Assembly: GCA_049315385.1 (NCBI GenBank)
Contig: JBMOKG010000005.1
Location: 46,649 to 110,648 of the forward strand
Reading direction: 5' to 3'
DNA from: Bacteroidales bacterium
GTDB lineage: Bacteria; Bacteroidota; Bacteroidia; Bacteroidales; JACABE01
DNA length: 64,000 bases
A program made the translations under genes and the position numbers. Positions 29,660-40,005 of this stretch are shown here, piece after piece (positions within the stretch are counted from its first letter, which is position 1; each line of letters begins with the position of its first letter). The notes beneath the pieces were generated by a model. That model was not told where the DNA came from. It saw nothing but the letters and a program-made list of their open reading frames with translations, and did no database searches.

Positions 29660-30538
29660 CTAATCTCTAAACTTTTTATCAATATTTTTTTGTATTAACC
29701 AGTTAATGATAGCAATACTATTAAAACCAATAATCATTATCCAGAAGAAAATATCGAAACGATTGAAAACTGAACAAAGAATTAAGGCCGTAACTTGAGA
29801 AGTAGGACCTAAAAATACCCATGATCTGATTATCAATTTATTCTTAGCTAGAAAATCAGCAGGACTGGCTTTAAAAAGTTTTTCATTGCTTTTTTTTGCT
29901 GCCAGATTGTTCTGGAAACTTGAATATTTAAGGTAAAGATAGATAATTGCTCTGTCAAACCATTTTCCCTTTTGATTTCTAATGATTTCATATTCTTGTC
30001 GGAATTCTTCAAGATCTTCTTCAAATGTACTTTTACGTTCTAATACATAATCAAGAAAACGATTTCGATAGTAATCAACGAGTATAGCATGTATTGTATT
30101 ACTTGCTCCTGTTAATGCCAATAAAAACCAATAAAGAGGAGGATTATCAGTATTATCTGCAAATCCTAGTCCTATTCCGATATATACAGCTGTAACTGCA
30201 ATATAATCAGCAACACCATCAATAATTCTTCCTGTGCGGGTTCCATTTTTTTTAAGACGTGCCAATTGCCCGTCACTACAATCCAGGATGTTGAACATCA
30301 TATAAAATAAAGATCCGATTATAAAATATTCTGGAAATAGTGGCGAACCATGGGCATAAAAAAAACCTCCAATAACTCCCATTATTATTGCAGCGATAGT
30401 TAGCTGATTAGGCGTAATATTTGTAGGGTAAATTATTTTTACCAAAATAAAAGCAAGGGGACGATAAAAAAAGAGGTCGAAAATTTCTTCAACCTCTATC
30501 ATTTTTAATGATTTTTTGTAATCTGAATACCAACTCAT
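29660..30538 (-). CDS. CDP-alcohol phosphatidyltransferase family protein
   Basis: TPNQLT and the complete signature DCSDGQLAR-x8-GRIIDGVAD. Confidence 0.92.
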   Translation of the reverse strand: MSWYSDYKKSLKMIEVEEIFDLFFYRPLAFILVKIIYPTNITPNQLTIAAIIMGVIGGFFYAHGSPLFPEYFIIGSLFYMMFNILDCSDGQLARLKKNGTRTGRIIDGVADYIAVTAVYIGIGLGFADNTDNPPLYWFLLALTGASNTIHAILVDYYRNRFLDYVLERKSTFEEDLEEFRQEYEIIRNQKGKWFDRAIIYLYLKYSSFQNNLAAKKSNEKLFKASPADFLAKNKLIIRSWVFLGPTSQVTALILCSVFNRFDIFFWIMIIGFNSIAIINWLIQKNIDKKFRD

Positions 30539-30539
30539 T

Positions 30540-31592
30540 TTATTTGTTTTCTTTCAAAAAATCTTTGATCATTGACATCAGTAGTTTATTTTGTTCCTGA
30601 GTGCCGATAGTAATGCGTAAATGATTAAATAAACCATCTTCAGCCATAAATTTTACTATCATATTGCGTTCTGTTAAGTATTTTTTTAGTCCGTCTTTAA
30701 TTTCAATAGGTATTTCAACTAATATAAAATTAGAAAAAGATTTGAATGCTCTGAATCCTGGTAAACTGTCAAATTCGTTATAGAACATTTCCATATCAGA
30801 TATCATTTTTTCTCTCATATTGCTATAGTAATCTGTAGCATCTAATGCTGCCAGCCCAATCAATTCAGAAACTCTGTTGTAACCTAAATAACGTGCGGAA
30901 AACATATTGAATTTAGCATGATTATCTCCCATTAATGCAAAACCTATTCTAATCCCGGCTAAACCGTAATATTTAGAAAAGGTTCTTATAATTATTAAAT
31001 TAGGATATTTTTCAACTAATTCTTTAAGATGTGAATTGTCTTTGTTATAAAAGAGCGTATAAGCTTCATCCAAAACCACATGAGTGTCTTTCATCTTTTC
31101 AAGAACATATTTCAATTGGTCAAGTTCAAGACGATTTCCTGTTGGATTATTTGGAGAACTGATGAGTACTAATTTAGGTTTTTCTTCCTCATAAACCTTA
31201 AGCATTCCTTCAATATCATAATAGAAAGTATCTTTTCCTTCAACAATTGGATATTCAACTTTAACACCTTCTACTTCATCTGAAATCTTTTTGTAATACC
31301 ACCATGAATAAGCAGGAATCATAATTTTATCTCCTTTGTGAATATAACAATGAACTGCTTGTTTTAGAATGTCTTCGCCTCCAAAACCTACCATTACATT
31401 TTTTTCTTCAATACCGAAATCTTTAGCTAATCTTTCAGATAAACGGCTTTTAACACCTCTGGAAAAATCACGTGAATATTCATATAGTTCAACACTATCA
31501 ATGTTTTTTAAAGTTTCAAAACATGCTGGTGCAGGACCATATTGGTTTTCGTTTCTATCAAGATAGATAATCGGTTTCATTTCTTTATTCAT
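30540..31592 (-). CDS. Fold-type I PLP enzyme, HisC/CobD-like (aminotransferase or phospho-amino-acid decarboxylase)
   Basis: LDRNEN, SPNNPTG, LDEAY, RTFSKYYGLAGIRIG, LRITIG; 1-nt gap to the CDP-alcohol transferase. Confidence 0.88.
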   Translation of the reverse strand: MNKEMKPIIYLDRNENQYGPAPACFETLKNIDSVELYEYSRDFSRGVKSRLSERLAKDFGIEEKNVMVGFGGEDILKQAVHCYIHKGDKIMIPAYSWWYYKKISDEVEGVKVEYPIVEGKDTFYYDIEGMLKVYEEEKPKLVLISSPNNPTGNRLELDQLKYVLEKMKDTHVVLDEAYTLFYNKDNSHLKELVEKYPNLIIIRTFSKYYGLAGIRIGFALMGDNHAKFNMFSARYLGYNRVSELIGLAALDATDYYSNMREKMISDMEMFYNEFDSLPGFRAFKSFSNFILVEIPIEIKDGLKKYLTERNMIVKFMAEDGLFNHLRITIGTQEQNKLLMSMIKDFLKENK

Positions 31593-31810
31593 AGTATTTT
31601 TATTGTGAGTTCTTTTCAGAACAATTATTTTAAAAATGCAAAATTATGAAAAAAAAATCATTACTTGATTAGTCTGGGATTGTTTTTTATTATTTAAAAA
31701 TAAGTTAGAAAAATATTAGAATTAACTTAATTGATTTTAAGTAAATTATAGGAGGATAGTATTTTAATTAAGAGAATATTGATTATTATAGAATTATGAA
31801 TTATATATAA

Positions 31811-32605
31811 TTATTTTTTTAAGTATTGCATTGCTTCAACTAAATTTTTTTTCATTTCAGCAATTCTATTAGCATCACTAGGATGTGTGCTTAATAGTTC
31901 AAAAGGAGAAGAACTGCCATTTAAACTCATTCGTTCCCAGAAAGCAATAGCTTTATTTGGATTATACCCTGCCATTGCCATAAAAAACAAACCTAATTTA
32001 TCTGCTTCATACTCATGTTCACGAGAATATGCTAGTGTTCCAAGAGTTGATCCTACACCAAAGGCTGTCATGAAAATACTTTTCGTTGCTTCAGGTTTTT
32101 TTTCTAATGCAGCTGCTAAAGTCATACCTCCTAATTCAAAAATTAATTGCTGACTCATACGTTCGCTTCCATGTTTTGCAACCGCATGCGCAATTTCATG
32201 CCCCATAACAACAGCTAATCCTTCAGCATCTATTGATATTGGTAATAATCCTGTATATACAACCACTTTTCCACCTGGCATACACCAGGCATTTACTTCA
32301 TTTTTAGTTACAAGATTAAATTCCCATTTAAAATCTTTAATTTCACTACCCATTCCCTTTGCATTCATATAATTACTTACTGCTGTAGCTAACTTATTTC
32401 CAACTTCTTTCACCATTTTTGTATTTGCATTCGAAACAGGCATTGGTGGATTTTGAGTCAAAAATTCATTGTAATTAGAGAAACTCATATTTAGCATCAT
32501 ATCGTCGGGAACGATATTAATACGCTTACGATTTGAAAAAGGAACTACTGAACAAGCTACAGTGGTGAGTAATAATAAAAAGAGTAAATTATTTTTTTTA
32601 AACAT
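31811..32605 (-). CDS. M48 family zinc metallopeptidase lipoprotein (YggG/LoiP-like)
   Basis: Lipobox TVAC, VNAWCMPGGK, HEIAH, EYEAD, LSTHP. Confidence 0.93.
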   Translation of the reverse strand: MFKKNNLLFLLLLTTVACSVVPFSNRKRINIVPDDMMLNMSFSNYNEFLTQNPPMPVSNANTKMVKEVGNKLATAVSNYMNAKGMGSEIKDFKWEFNLVTKNEVNAWCMPGGKVVVYTGLLPISIDAEGLAVVMGHEIAHAVAKHGSERMSQQLIFELGGMTLAAALEKKPEATKSIFMTAFGVGSTLGTLAYSREHEYEADKLGLFFMAMAGYNPNKAIAFWERMSLNGSSSPFELLSTHPSDANRIAEMKKNLVEAMQYLKK

Positions 32606-32616
32606 GATTTTATAAT

Positions 32617-32889
32617 TTATTTGATTTCTACTGTCAAATTTCTATTTGACATTTCTGTAAAAATAGGTTTTAAATCAAAATAAGTTCCTGATTTAACAGC
32701 GCATTTCCCTTTATAGTGAACTATCATGGCACATTGTTCTGCTTGTTCCGGTTCGTGTTCGCACACTTCAATTAAAGTATCAATTACAAAGTCAAAAGTA
32801 TTAAAATTATCATTAAATAGAATTATCTCTTTAATATCACTTAGTACTTCATTTGTTTTATCTAATGGTTGTAATTTTTCTTTGACCAT
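32617..32889 (-). CDS. clpS: ATP-dependent Clp protease adaptor
   Basis: LFNDNFNTFDFVI, AMIVHYKGK. Confidence 0.9.
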   Translation of the reverse strand: MVKEKLQPLDKTNEVLSDIKEIILFNDNFNTFDFVIDTLIEVCEHEPEQAEQCAMIVHYKGKCAVKSGTYFDLKPIFTEMSNRNLTVEIK

Positions 32890-32953
32890 ATTTTTAAATT
32901 TTACGATTGAACAAAAATAAATATAAAAAGTTTAAAATTCAAATAAATTATTT

Positions 32954-33595
32954 TTATCTCAAGTGATGGTTTATAACTATTTGAAAATATGTTGTATCCC
33001 ATAAAAAACTAAATCTATAGTTATTTCTTTTATCTTCTGCTCTTTGTTGATTTTTTAGAATATCTAAATTATACCCATCTTTTATTACTCTCCAGATTAA
33101 TTCTGTGCAGTAAATTCTGCTGGAATCATTTAAATTGAAATCGTTATCAAAAGGAAGTTTTTTTGAAAGATAATAGGCTGCTCTTTTAGCAAGGACTTCA
33201 TTACCATTATTTTTTTGATTTTTAAATCTTACAACAATAATTGAGTTTTCTTTACTATCGCAAATAAATCTTTTCAAAGTCTGAGATTGTAAGCCGTCAA
33301 AATCAGAAAGTGATTGTGAAACACTGTGTATCACATTAATTTGATTTCCATTTTTACAGATAATTGCACAATGAGATATGTCGTATTTTTCATTTAATGT
33401 TTTTACTATAATATCACTCGCCAGTCCATAACCATGTCTAAGAATGATATCACCATTTTGTATTAAATTTATTTCTTCATTAGTTAATGTATAAGTTGAA
33501 AAAGAATGATCCTGTTTCGTACAATAGTTGTACACAAACAGGATCATTATCAGAGAAAGAATAATTACAAAAGAAATAATTCCGATTTTTTTCAA
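32954..33595 (-). CDS. Permuted papain-like amidase (YiiX/YebB NlpC/P60 family)
   Basis: GDIILRHG, SHCAII, YCTELIW (His before Cys order); TTG start. Confidence 0.82.
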   Translation of the reverse strand: MKKIGIISFVIILSLIMILFVYNYCTKQDHSFSTYTLTNEEINLIQNGDIILRHGYGLASDIIVKTLNEKYDISHCAIICKNGNQINVIHSVSQSLSDFDGLQSQTLKRFICDSKENSIIVVRFKNQKNNGNEVLAKRAAYYLSKKLPFDNDFNLNDSSRIYCTELIWRVIKDGYNLDILKNQQRAEDKRNNYRFSFLWDTTYFQIVINHHLR

Positions 33596-33619
33596 TGTAA
33601 TTATATAAATAAATTAAAA

Positions 33620-34090
33620 TTATTTAACAGCAGTTGTATCAACGTTTGTAGAATCTGAAGGCGTTTCTGTTGTAGGCTCTCCACCCATTCCTTCTTTTTT
33701 CCAGTTAACTAACCATTTCCCATCTCTTTTTACTAGATCAATTTTATCTTCTTTTGGATCTTGACCTTCAATGCCACTTACTTTATATTGACAAACAGCA
33801 GCTGTATCCCCAGCCATTTCCGTTTTTAAGATTTCGATTTCTGCTTTTTCAGTTTTTTTCTTTGCTTCAGCTAATTTTGCTTCATCGCCACCCATTACAG
33901 AAAAAGATTTAATCATATCAACCATTTTACCGGTTTCTTCAGTTCCAAAAGTTTTAGCTTTATCATAATCCATTTTATTTAAAGCAGTTAAAAATTCTTT
34001 TGCAACAGTTTCTGGTTTTCCGCCACTTTTACATGCGCCCATAGAAACAACTACTAAAAGCACTAATCCTAATTTAACAAGGTTTTTCAT
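33620..34090 (-). CDS. Lipoprotein, NTF2-like (DUF4878-like)
   Basis: Lipobox MGAC, PETVAKEFLTAL, LVKRDGKWLV; -7 box at 34122-34129 (minus). Confidence 0.75.
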   Translation of the reverse strand: MKNLVKLGLVLLVVVSMGACKSGGKPETVAKEFLTALNKMDYDKAKTFGTEETGKMVDMIKSFSVMGGDEAKLAEAKKKTEKAEIEILKTEMAGDTAAVCQYKVSGIEGQDPKEDKIDLVKRDGKWLVNWKKEGMGGEPTTETPSDSTNVDTTAVK

Positions 34091-34186
34091 TGGTTATTAT
34101 TTTTAGTTAATAAATGTGTTACAAAAGTATTATATATTTTTCTGATAATGCGACTTTTTTGATTTATTTTTGTTGTTTTTATTAAC

Positions 34187-34819
34187 ATGGTTATTAACAA
34201 GCTTATAACAGAATTAAAATCAGAATTGGCAAAGGAATTGCCATCTGATAAAGCTCATCAAAGGATGATGCCACCTAACAGAGTTGCCGAATTATTGAAA
34301 AATAGACAAAATGCTACTACAAAACTAAGTAGCGTTTTAATCTTATTGTATCCAAAAGAGAATGAACTTTATACCGTTTTTATTAAACGTCAGGAATATA
34401 AAGGTGTTCATAGTGGACAAATAGCATTCCCCGGTGGTAAATATGAAAAAGAAGATTTAGATTTTATTAATACTGCACTCCGTGAAGCCAATGAGGAAAT
34501 AGGAATAGATGTTTCATTTGTTGAAATTTTAGGAGAACTATCTGAGTTATTTATACCTCCTAGTAATTATTTGGTTTTTCCTGTCGTTGCATATATGCCT
34601 TTTTACCCGGTATTTAAGCCTCAAATTAAAGAGGTAAACACTATAATTGAAGTGAGATTATCTGATTTACTTTCTCCAGAAAATGTTTCTGAAAATGAAT
34701 TTAATGGTGTAGGTAATAAGAAAATAATTGCACCTTGTTATATTTTTAATAATTATAAAGTTTGGGGTGCTACTGCTATGATAGTAAGTGAACTGATTGA
34801 TGTTTTAAATAATATATGA
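34187..34819 (+). CDS. Nudix CoA pyrophosphatase (NudL/PCD1-like)
   Basis: HSGQIAFPGGK..E.D....TALREANEEIG Nudix box; VWGATA. Confidence 0.92.
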   Translation: MVINKLITELKSELAKELPSDKAHQRMMPPNRVAELLKNRQNATTKLSSVLILLYPKENELYTVFIKRQEYKGVHSGQIAFPGGKYEKEDLDFINTALREANEEIGIDVSFVEILGELSELFIPPSNYLVFPVVAYMPFYPVFKPQIKEVNTIIEVRLSDLLSPENVSENEFNGVGNKKIIAPCYIFNNYKVWGATAMIVSELIDVLNNI

Positions 34820-34976
34820 ATCCACTGTTTTTTTAACATTTTTTAATCTTTAAATTTAAACACTTAATTCGCAGTAATACATCATGTTAATAATATTCTG
34901 TTGATAAGTAAATAAATAATAATAAAATTATCTTTAAATATGCCTTACCTTTGCAATTCATTTTACCTATAATATA

Positions 34977-35618
34977 ATGATTACATATAGTGTTATAATT
35001 GGTGTAATTACTGCATATTTAATTGGTTCTATTGCTACATCAGTTTGGATAGGAAGGGCTTTTTTTGGAGTTGATATTAGAACTTTGGGAAGTGGCAATG
35101 CTGGTGCTACTAATACAATTAGAGTTTTAGGTCCTAGACAGGGTTTAATTGTTCTGATTCTTGATGTATTTAAAGGATGGTTTGCCGTATTTTTAGGAAG
35201 ATTCTTTGCTCCTGATTTTTATGAAGCATTTCAAATAATAAATTTTGAATTAGTTCTGGCATTAGCTGCTGTATTAGGCCATATATTCCCAATCTATATC
35301 GGTTTTAAAGGAGGTAAAGGTGTCGCAACACTTGTTGGAGTTATAATTGCATTATATCCTTCATCTTTCATCGTTTTGGTTGCTGTTTTTTTGTTGGTTT
35401 TAATTTCTTCTGGTTATGTTTCCTTATCTTCAATTACAACTGCAGTAGCATTTCCTTTTATTTGTATTTTCCTTTTTAAAGTTCATTATCCTTCATTAAT
35501 CATTTTTTCTATTTTAATTGCAGTTTTCATCCCATTTACACATAAAAAAAATATATTAAGATTATTAAATGGTACAGAAAACAAATTTAAGTTTAAAAAA
35601 AAAGAAAGATTACATTAA
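34977..35618 (+). CDS. plsY: Glycerol-3-phosphate 1-O-acyltransferase
   Basis: YLIGSI, DIRTLGSGNAGATN, GHIFPI..FKGGKGVAT, HKKNILRL; TACCTTTG box at 34946-34953. Confidence 0.96.
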   Translation: MITYSVIIGVITAYLIGSIATSVWIGRAFFGVDIRTLGSGNAGATNTIRVLGPRQGLIVLILDVFKGWFAVFLGRFFAPDFYEAFQIINFELVLALAAVLGHIFPIYIGFKGGKGVATLVGVIIALYPSSFIVLVAVFLLVLISSGYVSLSSITTAVAFPFICIFLFKVHYPSLIIFSILIAVFIPFTHKKNILRLLNGTENKFKFKKKERLH

Positions 35619-35643
35619 CTAATCATACTTAATGATATGAATG

Positions 35644-35683
35644 AGCTGTCTAAAAGTTAGAATACTATTAGACAGCTTTTTTT
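35644..35683 (+). terminator. Intrinsic terminator after plsY
   Basis: AGCTGTCTAA...TTAGACAGCT followed by a T-tract. Confidence 0.72.
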
Positions 35684-35790
35684 AATATATCATATACGCT
35701 AAGTTTGTTTAAAGAATTTTGATTATTAAAAATAAAAAAGTATTTCAGCCGTTAATCAATTCTAAAATAAAATTTTATCTTTGCGAGTCA

Positions 35791-36429
35791 ATGAAAATAA
35801 TCGCTTCAATACTATTTACAATTGTTTTGGTCCTGATAATCAGTGATATTTATGCACAGCATTACGAAAAAACACCAATTCAATTTTCGGGTGTTGTAGT
35901 TACATCTGATAGTTTAAAACCTGTTTCGTTTACAAATATTAGTATAAAGAACTCGTATAGAGGAAGTACAGCTGATTTTAATGGTTTTTTCTCTTTTGTT
36001 GCATTAGAAGGTGATGAAATTGTTTTTTCTGCAATTGGGTATAAAAAAGCCTATTTTAGAATTCCTGATACATTAACTAAAAATAGATATTCACTTATTC
36101 AGGCATTAACTAATGATACAATAATGCTGGCAGAAACTGTTATTCGTCCTTGGCCTTCAAGAGAACAATTTAAACAAGCATTTATATCTTTAAAAGTTCC
36201 AAGCGATGACTATGACATTGCAATGAAAAATCTTGCACTTGAAGATTTGAAAATTATGATCAGATCTTATAAAATGGATGGAAGTTTGAATTATAAAAAC
36301 TATATAGAACAACAAACCAATAAATTATATTATGCTGGACAATTGCCTCCTAATAACCTTTTAAATCCTTTTGCATGGGCTCAGTTTATAAAAGCTTGGG
36401 AAAATGGTGATTTTAAGAAAAAAGATTGA
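35791..36429 (+). CDS. Exported carboxypeptidase-regulatory-like domain protein (start revised from 35719)
   Basis: ATG at 35791 gives the signal peptide MKIIASILF; FSGVV...FSAIGYK domain; TATCTTTG box at 35776-35783 lies inside the longer ORF call. Confidence 0.75.
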   Translation: MKIIASILFTIVLVLIISDIYAQHYEKTPIQFSGVVVTSDSLKPVSFTNISIKNSYRGSTADFNGFFSFVALEGDEIVFSAIGYKKAYFRIPDTLTKNRYSLIQALTNDTIMLAETVIRPWPSREQFKQAFISLKVPSDDYDIAMKNLALEDLKIMIRSYKMDGSLNYKNYIEQQTNKLYYAGQLPPNNLLNPFAWAQFIKAWENGDFKKKD

Positions 36430-36456
36430 TTTTTTGAATTTAAAAACGCATTAACA

Positions 36457-38946
36457 TTGATAAATAAAAAACTTTTATTCGTACTGATAAACTGTTTACT
36501 CTTTTGCTTTTTTCAAGAAAAAATTTCCGCACAGGATAAAGCAAAAATCTTTGGTAGAATTACCGATGAAAAAAATAATTCACTAGAATTTGTAAATATT
36601 GGTATTTTTGATCTTAATAATCCAATTGGAATTGCATCCGATAGAAAAGGAAAATATATATTGACAGTCCCAGCTAATGTTGAATTTACGCTTTTAGCTT
36701 CTTTTACAGGCTTTGAGACCCAACGTATTAAAATATTATTAAATCCTGGAGAATCTAAAGAAATAAATTTTAAATTAAAACAAACGACTACACAATTACC
36801 TGAGTTTGTAATCCATGATAAACGAGATAGGACTACAAATTTTAATCGTCTTGATCCAAAAAATGTAACTTTAATTCCTAGTCCTTCCGGTGGTGTGGAA
36901 TCTCTGGTGAAAATGATGACAGGAGTGAGTTCTAACAATGAATTAAGCTCACAATACAATGTAAGAGGTGGGAATTATGATGAAAATCTTGTATATGTCA
37001 ATGATATTGAAATTTACCGTCCTTTACTTGTCCGTTCAGGGCAGCAGGAGGGTCTGAGTTTTATAAATTCAGATATGGTATCTTCTATTCTGTTTTCTGC
37101 AGGAGGCTTTGAAGCCCGATACGGAGATAAAATGTCTTCTGTTTTAGATATAAAGTATAAAAAACCTAAATTTTTTGCAGGAAGTGTTTCTATGAGTTTT
37201 CTTGGTGAAAATATTCATTTAGAGGGGACTGCAATGAAATCACGTATGAGTTATTTGATAGGAGTGAGGCAAAAATCAAATCAATATTTGTTAAATTCAA
37301 TGCAAACTAAAGGTGAATATCGACCCTCTTTTACCGATATTCAAACTCTATTGACTTATGATTTAAATAATAAATTAGAATTTTCGTTTTTAGGGAATTA
37401 TGCCCGTAATATTTACAATGTAGTTCCTGAAAATCGAGAAACAACTTTTGGAACCGTAAGTGATGTTAAAATGTTGAAAGTTTATTTTGACGGTCAGGAA
37501 TTGGACAAATTTGAAACATTCTTTGGTGCATTTTCACTCAATTATAAACCACAAAATTATCTGACTGTAAAAAATACAATATCAATTTTTCAATCTTATG
37601 AAGAAGAATCATTTGACATACAGGGCCAGTATTGGCTGGATCAGGTTGAAAATGATTTTGGTAAAGACGATTTTGGAAAATCAAGTTTTAATTTAGGTGT
37701 TGGTACTTATGTTGATCATGCACGTAATTATTTAAAATCCAATATAATAAATTTTGAAACCAGAGGTTCTGTATTAAAAGTAGATCACTTTTTTCAATGG
37801 GGAGCAAAATTTCAAAGAGAACAAATACTTGACAAATTAAATGAGTGGAAATTAGTAGATTCTTCCGATTATTCTTTGCCTAATCATTCTGATTCTATTG
37901 GAAATCCAAATCCGCCTCACTATGCCCCTGAATTACAAAATGTTTATAAAGCGAAAAATGATCTTTCTTCTAATCGAATATCCGGTTTTATTCAAGATAC
38001 CTGGACTATTGATGGTGATAGCAACAGATTATCGTTAACTTCAGGAATTCGCTTCAGCTATTGGGATTTAACCAATGAACTACTTGTAAGTCCAAGAGCA
38101 TGTATATCATTCAAACCAAATTGGGAAAAAGACATTTTACTTCGTTTTTCAACAGGCTTGTATTATCAATCTCCTTTTTACAGAGAATTAAGAAATAGAG
38201 CTGGAAATCTGAATAAAAATATTAAGTCACAACAATCTATTCACTTTGTTGCAGGAATGGATTGGGATTTAATGATTTGGAATCGTCCATTTAAATTTGT
38301 TTCAGAAATATATTATAAATATTTGAATAATTTAATTCCTTATGAAATTGATAATGTGCGTATCAGATATTCTGCAAAGAATGAAGCTCATGGTTATGCC
38401 ACTGGTATTGATTTCCGAATTAATGGAGAGTTTGTAAAAGGAATTGAATCCTGGGCCAGTTTATCTATTATGCAAACTCAGGAAAATATTGACAATGATA
38501 GTTATATTGATATAAACGGAAATACAATAGAACCTGGTTTTATTCCCCGTCCAACGGATCAAAGGGTGATATTTAGTTTGTTTTTTCAGGATTATTTGCC
38601 AAAATTGCCAAATATTAAAATGCATTTAAATTTGGTATTTGGAGCAAGTTTACCTTTCGGACCTCCAAATTCAGAACGATACAAACAAACACTTAGGATT
38701 CCTCCATATAGGAGAGTTGATATAGGATCATCTTATTTATTAAAAAGTAAAGCAACAAAACTTTCATCAAAAAATATTTTCCGTAAATTAGATACAGTTT
38801 GGATAAGTCTGGAAATTTTTAATTTACTGCAAATTAGCAATACTATTTCTTATATATGGATTAGTGATGTTAGCAATCGTCAATACGCAGTCCCAAATTA
38901 TTTAACTCCACGTCAATTGAATCTTAAATTGGTTGTTGATTTCTGA
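36457..38946 (+). CDS. TonB-dependent receptor
   Basis: Signal peptide, N-terminal CarboxypepD_reg-like domain, YNVRGGNYDENLV plug, GGFEARYGDKMSSVL, terminal F. Confidence 0.9.
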   Translation: MINKKLLFVLINCLLFCFFQEKISAQDKAKIFGRITDEKNNSLEFVNIGIFDLNNPIGIASDRKGKYILTVPANVEFTLLASFTGFETQRIKILLNPGESKEINFKLKQTTTQLPEFVIHDKRDRTTNFNRLDPKNVTLIPSPSGGVESLVKMMTGVSSNNELSSQYNVRGGNYDENLVYVNDIEIYRPLLVRSGQQEGLSFINSDMVSSILFSAGGFEARYGDKMSSVLDIKYKKPKFFAGSVSMSFLGENIHLEGTAMKSRMSYLIGVRQKSNQYLLNSMQTKGEYRPSFTDIQTLLTYDLNNKLEFSFLGNYARNIYNVVPENRETTFGTVSDVKMLKVYFDGQELDKFETFFGAFSLNYKPQNYLTVKNTISIFQSYEEESFDIQGQYWLDQVENDFGKDDFGKSSFNLGVGTYVDHARNYLKSNIINFETRGSVLKVDHFFQWGAKFQREQILDKLNEWKLVDSSDYSLPNHSDSIGNPNPPHYAPELQNVYKAKNDLSSNRISGFIQDTWTIDGDSNRLSLTSGIRFSYWDLTNELLVSPRACISFKPNWEKDILLRFSTGLYYQSPFYRELRNRAGNLNKNIKSQQSIHFVAGMDWDLMIWNRPFKFVSEIYYKYLNNLIPYEIDNVRIRYSAKNEAHGYATGIDFRINGEFVKGIESWASLSIMQTQENIDNDSYIDINGNTIEPGFIPRPTDQRVIFSLFFQDYLPKLPNIKMHLNLVFGASLPFGPPNSERYKQTLRIPPYRRVDIGSSYLLKSKATKLSSKNIFRKLDTVWISLEIFNLLQISNTISYIWISDVSNRQYAVPNYLTPRQLNLKLVVDF

Positions 38947-38957
38947 AAAAACTTAAA

Positions 38958-39902
38958 CTAATTCTTACTATTTGAATCATATGCATTTATAATTCTAGTA
39001 ACTAGCTTATGACGTATTATATCTTTTTCGTCTAGGAAAATAAAAGATAATCCATTTACATTTTGAAGTATTTTTGAAGCCTGAATTAAACCGGAAGCCT
39101 GATTACGTGGTAAGTCTATTTGGGTAATATCTCCTGTAACTATGAATTTAGCCGATTTACCCATTCTGGTTAAGAACATTTTTAACTGACCCTCAGTTGC
39201 ATTTTGTGCTTCATCAAGAATTACAAAAGCATGGTCGAGTGTTCTACCTCGCATAAATGCTAAAGGTGCAATTTCTATAGTTCCGTCTTCCCAATAAGAT
39301 AATAGTTTTTGAGTAGGTATCATATCCCGCAAAGCATCGTATAATGGTTGTAAATATGGATCTAATTTGTCTCTTAAATCTCCAGGCAAGAATCCTAGAT
39401 TTTCACCCGCTTCTACAGCTGGTCTGGTTAAAACTATCCGTTTAATTTCTTTATTTTTCAATGCTCTTACAGCTAAAGCTACTGCAGTATAAGTTTTACC
39501 TGTTCCAGCCGGACCAATTGCAAAAACCAAATCATTAGTATTACAAGCTTCAACCATTTTTAATTGGTTGGGTGTTCTTGCTTTAATGATTAAGCCATTT
39601 CGACCATGTACCAGAATATCATTGATTTGCTCTTTATTACTGAAATATTCATCATTTTCCATGATCTCCAGAATATCAGTTTCATTTACTTTTCCGAATT
39701 TTTCGAAATGAGTAATTATTAGTTGAAATTTACTTTCAAAATTTATTATTTCCTCTTGTTCACCAATAATTTTAATTTCTTCCCCTCTTGAAATTATTTT
39801 TAATTTTGAAAATATGTGTTTTAATAGTTCAATATTTTTATTGTTTATGCCAAGTATATCAACAGGATTTATAGATTCTAATGTAATAGTTTTTTCGCTC
39901 AT
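38958..39902 (-). CDS. phoH: PhoH-family ATPase (YbeZ-like)
   Basis: GPAGTGKT, RPAVEAGE.LGFLPGD, FMRGRT, LDEAQN, GDITQIDLP. Confidence 0.95.
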   Translation of the reverse strand: MSEKTITLESINPVDILGINNKNIELLKHIFSKLKIISRGEEIKIIGEQEEIINFESKFQLIITHFEKFGKVNETDILEIMENDEYFSNKEQINDILVHGRNGLIIKARTPNQLKMVEACNTNDLVFAIGPAGTGKTYTAVALAVRALKNKEIKRIVLTRPAVEAGENLGFLPGDLRDKLDPYLQPLYDALRDMIPTQKLLSYWEDGTIEIAPLAFMRGRTLDHAFVILDEAQNATEGQLKMFLTRMGKSAKFIVTGDITQIDLPRNQASGLIQASKILQNVNGLSFIFLDEKDIIRHKLVTRIINAYDSNSKN

Positions 39903-40005
39903 TATGATAATTTAGAAATATTAAAATTAAAAATCCAAAATTATTAAAAAATCATTTCAATTGAAGATTAATTATTAATTTTGAAGCAAATTTCAAACTA
40001 ATAAT

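Noticed and set aside
30540-31592. Calling the PLP enzyme hisC
   Set aside because: Family motifs are shared with CobD and capsule-related enzymes; the context is lipid/nucleotidyl transfer, not his genes
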